Notes under the pieces: model-generated | Told to the model about the DNA's origin: nothing | The model's database searches: none | The model's input: the letters and a program-made list of their open reading frames with translations, nothing else | Position numbers and translations under genes: made by a program | In this document: piece after piece, positions 58,698 through 64,000 of the stretch | Position numbering within the stretch: position 1 is the first letter of the stretch | Layout of the letters: each line of letters begins with the position of its first letter | Assembly (NCBI GenBank): GCA_965656305.1 | Contig: CBFHKA010000041.1 | Location: 41,340-105,339, forward strand | Length of the DNA stretch: 64,000 bases | Source of the DNA: Polaribacter sp. | GTDB taxonomy: Bacteria; Bacteroidota; Bacteroidia; Flavobacteriales; Flavobacteriaceae | Reading direction: 5' to 3'

Positions 58698-61436
58698 ATG
58701 CAATCTTTTATTTCTGAAACTATAGATGATATTTTACAAACTACAACTTCTTTTGAAGATGTAGTTTTTGTACTGCCCTCTCAAAGAGCAAAAGTATTTG
58801 TAAAACAAGAATTTAAAAATAACATTACAGTTGGTTTTTTACCAGAAATGTTGAACATAGAAGAGTTTATACAACAAATTTCTGGAGTTCAAAAAACGGA
58901 TAATATTCAGCTATTATTTCACTTTTACAGCATTTATAAAAGTGTAGAAAAAAATCCTGATGCGTTTGACATTTTTTCTTCTTGGGCATTAACTGTTTTG
59001 CAAGATTTTAATGAAATTGATCAGCATTTAGTCAACACAAATGATATTTTTATCTATTTGAGGGATATTGAACGCTTACGAAAATGGTCTGTAAAAGGTA
59101 CTTTCAAAGAAACAGAACTTGTAAAAGATCATTATTCTTTTCTAGAAAAGCTGAATAAATATTATAATGTTTTTTATAAATTTTTATTGAAAAATAATAT
59201 TGGTTATCAAGGGCTAATGTATAGAGAAGCTTCACAAAAAATTAGTACTTATTTGGATAAAAATGCTAATAAAAAGTTCTTTTTTATTGGTTTTAATGCT
59301 CTAAACAAAGCAGAAGAGATGTTGTTGCAAAAGACTTTAGAAAGAGGAAATGCAGAGGTGTATTGGGATATTGATGAAGCTTTTTTTAACTCTAATCATC
59401 AAGCAGGAAGATTTATCAGGAAGTATAAAAACGAGTGGAAATATTATGAAAAAAATAAACTCAAATCTTTAGGAAATAAGTTTTCTAAACCAAAAGAAAT
59501 TCAGGTAGTTGGTGCTGCAAAAAACACTACTCAAATAAAATATATTGGTGAAATTTTAGAAAAAACAACCAATTTTAAGAATACTGCTTTGGTTTTGGCA
59601 GACGAAACTTTATTGCCAATTACTTTAAATTCGTTGCCTAAAAACATCAATGCAATAAATATTACAATGGGTTATCCTCTAAAAGATATACCCACAACTA
59701 GTTTGTTGTTTGCTATTTTTCAATTGTTTATTTCTCAAGAAAAATTACAAAAAAATAGAATTAACGAGTTCTATTATAAAGATGTAATCCGTTTTTTTAA
59801 ACATCAATCTATATATCGTTTTATTGATAATATTGATGAATTTACAGTTCAAATAGCTAAAGAAAATCAGACTTTTATTTCTGAAAATGACATCAATAAT
59901 TTTTTAAAAGAAACAAATATTGAGGTTAAAAGTGTCATAGAACATCTATTTAAACCTTTTACAAATGTTGCAGATTTTGTTGATAGAATTTTAGGGTTAA
60001 TTGACCTATTAAAAGATGAAGTAAGTGCATTAGAAAAAGAATATTTATTTAGGTTTTATACTGTATTTACACAATTAAAAACCTTGCAAAATGAGTTTGA
60101 ATATTTTACAGATTTAAAAACATTAGCACAGTTCTTTAGACAGTTAATAACTTCAGAAAGCCTGTCTTTTCAGGGAGAACCGTTAAAAGGTTTACAATTA
60201 ATGGGGATGTTAGAAACGCGTGTTTTAGATTTTGAAAACATCATTTTAGCATCTGCAAATGAAGGAGTTTTACCTGCCAGTAGTCAACAAAACTCTTTTA
60301 TTCCTTTTGATGTTAAAGTAGAATTTGGTTTGCCTACTTACAGAGAAAAAGATGCAATATTTTCTTACCACTTTTTTCGATTGTTACAAAGAGCAAAAAA
60401 CGTTTATATTTTATACAATACAGAACATGATGTATTTGGAAGTGGAGAAAAAAGCAGATTTGTAACGCAATTAGAAATGATGAGAAATGATGTTATTCAT
60501 AAAACTGTATCTCCAAAAATAGTATCACAAAAAACAGAATTGAAAGAAATTCCTAAAAATGATTTGGTATTTGAAAGACTCAGAGAATTGGCAGGACAGG
60601 GTTTTTCTCCTTCTTCTTTAACTAATTATTTACACAATCCAGTTGCCTTTTATAAACAGAAAATTTTAAGAATTAAGGAGTTTGATGATGTTGAGGAAAC
60701 TGTTGCATACAATACATTAGGAACAGTAGTACACGAAACTTTAGATGAACTGTACAAGCCTTTTATGGGCAAATTTTTAAAGGTGGATGACATTTTAAAA
60801 ATGGAAAAGTTAGCCAAAAATTTGGTCGTAAAACACTTTAAAATCCATTTTAAAAATGGTGATTTATCTACAGGAAAAAATCGTTTAATTTTTGAAGTTG
60901 CAAACAGATTTGTGACAAATTTTTTATCCAAAGAAAAAGAACTTTTAAAAGATGAAACTAATCAACTTAAAATAATAGCTACTGAAGAAAATTTATCTAC
61001 AGAAATAGAAATTGAAGGCATAGATTTTCCAATAAAACTGCATGGAAATGTAGATAGAGTTGATGAATTAAATGGAGAAATCAGAATCATAGATTACAAA
61101 TCTGGAATGGTAAAATCTTCTGAATTGAAGGTGTTAGACTTTGAGCAATTGAGAGCAAAAGAACAATACAAAGCCATTCAGGTTTTGTTATACGCTTTCT
61201 TGTTTACAAAAAATAAAAAATTCGATTTTTCTAAAAGTTTAAAAGTAGGTATTTTTTCCTTTAAAAATCTGAACAGTAGATTTTTAGCGATTAATTTTTC
61301 ATCAAATTATAGAAAACCTGATACAGAAATAACTCAAGAAAAATTGGATGTTTTTATTGAGGAATTAAAAGGATATATCAAAGAAATTTACAATCCTGAA
61401 ATAGCTTTTTTAGAACCTGCTGATTTGAAGTATTAG
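58698..61436 (+). CDS. PD-(D/E)XK nuclease family protein, AddB-like
   Basis: VLPSQRA, QLMGMLETR, FSPSSL, LHGNVDRVD, IIDYKSG. Confidence 0.88.
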   Translation: MQSFISETIDDILQTTTSFEDVVFVLPSQRAKVFVKQEFKNNITVGFLPEMLNIEEFIQQISGVQKTDNIQLLFHFYSIYKSVEKNPDAFDIFSSWALTVLQDFNEIDQHLVNTNDIFIYLRDIERLRKWSVKGTFKETELVKDHYSFLEKLNKYYNVFYKFLLKNNIGYQGLMYREASQKISTYLDKNANKKFFFIGFNALNKAEEMLLQKTLERGNAEVYWDIDEAFFNSNHQAGRFIRKYKNEWKYYEKNKLKSLGNKFSKPKEIQVVGAAKNTTQIKYIGEILEKTTNFKNTALVLADETLLPITLNSLPKNINAINITMGYPLKDIPTTSLLFAIFQLFISQEKLQKNRINEFYYKDVIRFFKHQSIYRFIDNIDEFTVQIAKENQTFISENDINNFLKETNIEVKSVIEHLFKPFTNVADFVDRILGLIDLLKDEVSALEKEYLFRFYTVFTQLKTLQNEFEYFTDLKTLAQFFRQLITSESLSFQGEPLKGLQLMGMLETRVLDFENIILASANEGVLPASSQQNSFIPFDVKVEFGLPTYREKDAIFSYHFFRLLQRAKNVYILYNTEHDVFGSGEKSRFVTQLEMMRNDVIHKTVSPKIVSQKTELKEIPKNDLVFERLRELAGQGFSPSSLTNYLHNPVAFYKQKILRIKEFDDVEETVAYNTLGTVVHETLDELYKPFMGKFLKVDDILKMEKLAKNLVVKHFKIHFKNGDLSTGKNRLIFEVANRFVTNFLSKEKELLKDETNQLKIIATEENLSTEIEIEGIDFPIKLHGNVDRVDELNGEIRIIDYKSGMVKSSELKVLDFEQLRAKEQYKAIQVLLYAFLFTKNKKFDFSKSLKVGIFSFKNLNSRFLAINFSSNYRKPDTEITQEKLDVFIEELKGYIKEIYNPEIAFLEPADLKY

Positions 61437-61437
61437 C

Positions 61438-62229
61438 TTATTTCCCTTTCAAAATTAATAAAGGAAGACTTGTGTGAAACTCTTCTTTAAGAATCGTATT
61501 CTTTTCCCAAAGTTTAGTAAAAAAACCACGTTTGCGTCTAAAAACACAAAGCATATCAGGATTATGTGTTTGAAAATGTTCTAATACTCCTTGAAAAGTA
61601 GTAGCATTTTCAGTTACAGTTAGGGTAGATTGTAGTTTTTTTAGACTATCATTAATAATCAAATCTTCTTCTTGATAATCTGGAGTTTTTACCAACAATA
61701 GGTTTACATCAGCCTTAAATTTTTCAACAATAAAAGCTAAAGGTTTCAAAGCAGTTTTACTTTTTACATTTCCAGATTTAAAAGCGGTTAAAATACTTTT
61801 TACAGGTTTGTAAACATAGTTTTCTGGCACAGTTAAAATAGAAATATCAGTTTGTTTTACTAAACTTCCAGCTGTTTTTCCTAAAAAAATCTCTTCTTTT
61901 ATAGAGTTACTTTTGGCACCAATAATAACCAAATCAATTCCTAATTCGTCGTCAATAGCTAAAACACTATCAACTACACTACCTTTTGCAGAAATTAATT
62001 TTACATCAACATTTTTTGTATCTACAGCATTTACCATTGTTCGTAAATATAAATTTGTTTCACGTTCAATAATAGCATCAACATTAATCATAGTTCCTGC
62101 TTTTGATAATGAGCTATAAGCTCTAAAAACAAAAATATTAGCTTTGATTTCATTAGCAAAATCTATAGCAAATTGCAATGTAGATTGAGCATTTTCTGTT
62201 GATCCAATAGGTACTAAAATATTTTTCAT
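61438..62229 (-). CDS. Universal stress protein (tandem USP domains)
   Basis: MKNILVPIGS, IDLVIIGA, LGKTAGSLV; ATG 62229 preferred. Confidence 0.9.
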   Translation of the reverse strand: MKNILVPIGSTENAQSTLQFAIDFANEIKANIFVFRAYSSLSKAGTMINVDAIIERETNLYLRTMVNAVDTKNVDVKLISAKGSVVDSVLAIDDELGIDLVIIGAKSNSIKEEIFLGKTAGSLVKQTDISILTVPENYVYKPVKSILTAFKSGNVKSKTALKPLAFIVEKFKADVNLLLVKTPDYQEEDLIINDSLKKLQSTLTVTENATTFQGVLEHFQTHNPDMLCVFRRKRGFFTKLWEKNTILKEEFHTSLPLLILKGK

Positions 62230-62326
62230 TGGTATAAATTTAATCGATGCAAAGTTAGTTATTTTTGACACATAACCTTCTTTTTCCATTTTTTAGATAT
62301 GTAACTTTGTAAAAAAGAAATATTTC

Positions 62327-63658
62327 TTGAGTACAAACATTAATTCAAAGAGTATCAATAAATTAGCAATTCCTGCTTTAATAGCTGGTATTGCAGAACC
62401 ATTATTATCTATTACAGATACTGCTATTATTGGTAATATTGATGAATATGCAACAGAGAGTTTAGCAGCTGTAGGTATTGTTGGGGCATTTATTTCAATG
62501 TTAATTTGGGTTTTTGGTCAAATAAGGAGTGCAATTTCATCTATTGTTTCTCAATATGTAGGAGCAAATAAATTAGAAGAAATTAAAACGTTGCCTGCGC
62601 AAGCAATTGCAATTGTAGTAGGTGGAAGTTTCTTAGTCTTAGCAATATCTTATCCGTTTGCAAAACAGATTTTTCAATTTTATAATGCATCAGGAGTAGT
62701 TTTAGAATATTGTATTACGTATTTTAAAATACGAATTTTTGGATTTCCGTTTTCACTCTTTGTATTTGCTATTTTTGGTATATTTAGAGGTTTACAAAAT
62801 ACATTTTACCCAATGATAATTGCAATTATTGGAGCTTTGTTAAATGTAATTTTGGATTATGCTTTTGTTTATGGAATAGAAGGCTTTATACCTGCAATGC
62901 ATATAGAAGGAGCAGCTTATGCAAGTTTAACAGCGCAAATAACAATGGCAATTATAGCAATGATTTTGTTGTTGAAAAAAACTACAATTTCATTAAAAAT
63001 GAATTTGCCTTTTCATCCAGAAATACCAAAGTTATTAGGTATGGTTGGCAACCTTTTTGTTAGAACAATTGCCTTAAATGTAGCTTTATATTTTGCAACT
63101 GCTTATGCTACAGCTTATGGAAAGGAATATATTGCAGCTTATACAATAGGGTTAAATATTTGGTTATTGGGTGCTTTTATGGTAGATGGTTATTCTAGTG
63201 CAGGAAACATATTGGCAGGAAAATTATTAGGTGCTAAAGACTACAAGACTTTGGTTAAATTAAGCCATAGATTAACTAAATATGGCCTTATTATGGGAGC
63301 TATTATTGCTGCTGTTGGTTTTATTTTCTACAATTTTATAGGTCATGTTTTTACGAAAGATGCTTTGGTTTTAGAACAATTTTATAGTGTTTTTTGGATC
63401 TTAATCTTAACCCAACCTATAAATGCAGTCACTTTTATTTTTGATGGTATGTTTAAAGGAATGGGTTTTATGAAGTATCTAAGAAACGTATTAATACTAT
63501 CAACAGCATTTGTTTTTATTCCTACACTTTTGTTTTTTGATTATTTTGATTACAAGTTGATAGCAATTTGGATTGCTTTTACATTTTGGGCTTTAGCAAG
63601 AGGAATTCCTTTAATTATAAAGTTTAGAAATACTTTTTTGCCATTAATAAAATCTTAG
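62327..63658 (+). CDS. MATE family efflux transporter (DinF-like)
   Basis: LAIPA...DTAIIG, FRGLQNT, LNVILD, about 12 TM; TAACTTTG element at 62302-62309. Confidence 0.93.
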   Translation: MSTNINSKSINKLAIPALIAGIAEPLLSITDTAIIGNIDEYATESLAAVGIVGAFISMLIWVFGQIRSAISSIVSQYVGANKLEEIKTLPAQAIAIVVGGSFLVLAISYPFAKQIFQFYNASGVVLEYCITYFKIRIFGFPFSLFVFAIFGIFRGLQNTFYPMIIAIIGALLNVILDYAFVYGIEGFIPAMHIEGAAYASLTAQITMAIIAMILLLKKTTISLKMNLPFHPEIPKLLGMVGNLFVRTIALNVALYFATAYATAYGKEYIAAYTIGLNIWLLGAFMVDGYSSAGNILAGKLLGAKDYKTLVKLSHRLTKYGLIMGAIIAAVGFIFYNFIGHVFTKDALVLEQFYSVFWILILTQPINAVTFIFDGMFKGMGFMKYLRNVLILSTAFVFIPTLLFFDYFDYKLIAIWIAFTFWALARGIPLIIKFRNTFLPLIKS

Positions 63659-63719
63659 TACCTGTATTTGTTATCGATTTTTTAAATTACTTATCTTGTA
63701 CACATAAATAATTTAAAAA

Positions 63720-64000
63720 ATGAAATTCAAAAATTTACTTTTTATATGCTTCTTTGGAATACTTATTGCTGCTTGTAACAAAGAAAATTCATTAAAAGAA
63801 TATATGACAGCTTCTTGGCAAACAACGTATTTAAAATTAGAAATGCCAACTTATGAAAAGTCTGATTATTTAGAGGTTTACGAAGATAAATTTGACAAAA
63901 ATACAGAGTTAGTAGCACAATCCAAATACAATGCTGATGGGACTTTTAACGCTTGGTTTATTAATAAAAAAGGCGAGAAGGTTTCCGAATCTGAAGGAAA
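63720..64000 (+). CDS. Hypothetical lipoprotein (partial, runs off the window)
   Basis: Not in track; MKFKNLLFICFFGILIAACNKENSLKEYMTASWQTTYLK... with LIAAC lipobox, open to the window end. Confidence 0.75.
   Translation, partial: MKFKNLLFICFFGILIAACNKENSLKEYMTASWQTTYLKLEMPTYEKSDYLEVYEDKFDKNTELVAQSKYNADGTFNAWFINKKGEKVSESEG

Overview
About 64 kb of very AT-rich core chromosome from a marine Flavobacteriaceae; gene content and T9SS cargo suggest a Polaribacter-like organism (inference). It holds about 60 CDS: housekeeping genes (rpiB, rnr, gltX, ybeY, mnmG, panB, aspS, rsmI, mrp, pgi), aromatic amino-acid catabolism (hmgA, hppD, Trp 2,3-dioxygenase), envelope and lipid genes, two membrane LytTR regulators, an ECF sigma/zinc anti-sigma pair and a Fic protein. 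I saw no rRNA, tRNA, CRISPR, transposase, integrase or phage genes. The most interesting signals are non-coding. (1) A probable replication origin at ~1.0-1.5 kb built from variant DnaA boxes (TTATMAACA), far from any dnaA, with three parS-like sites around mnmG. (2) A dispersed palindromic repeat family with GTCATT...AATCT ends, one copy inserted in frame in RNase R, plus a second repeat family at the hppD N-terminus. (3) A candidate ~80-nt sRNA with a duplicated motif behind the tandem LytTR genes. (4) A shared ECF-type promoter motif upstream of four envelope genes. (5) A DUF1801 pseudogene frameshifted by a (GAAA)7 microsatellite. (6) An operator-like array upstream of the Fic gene. All family assignments come from motif recognition; no database search was run.
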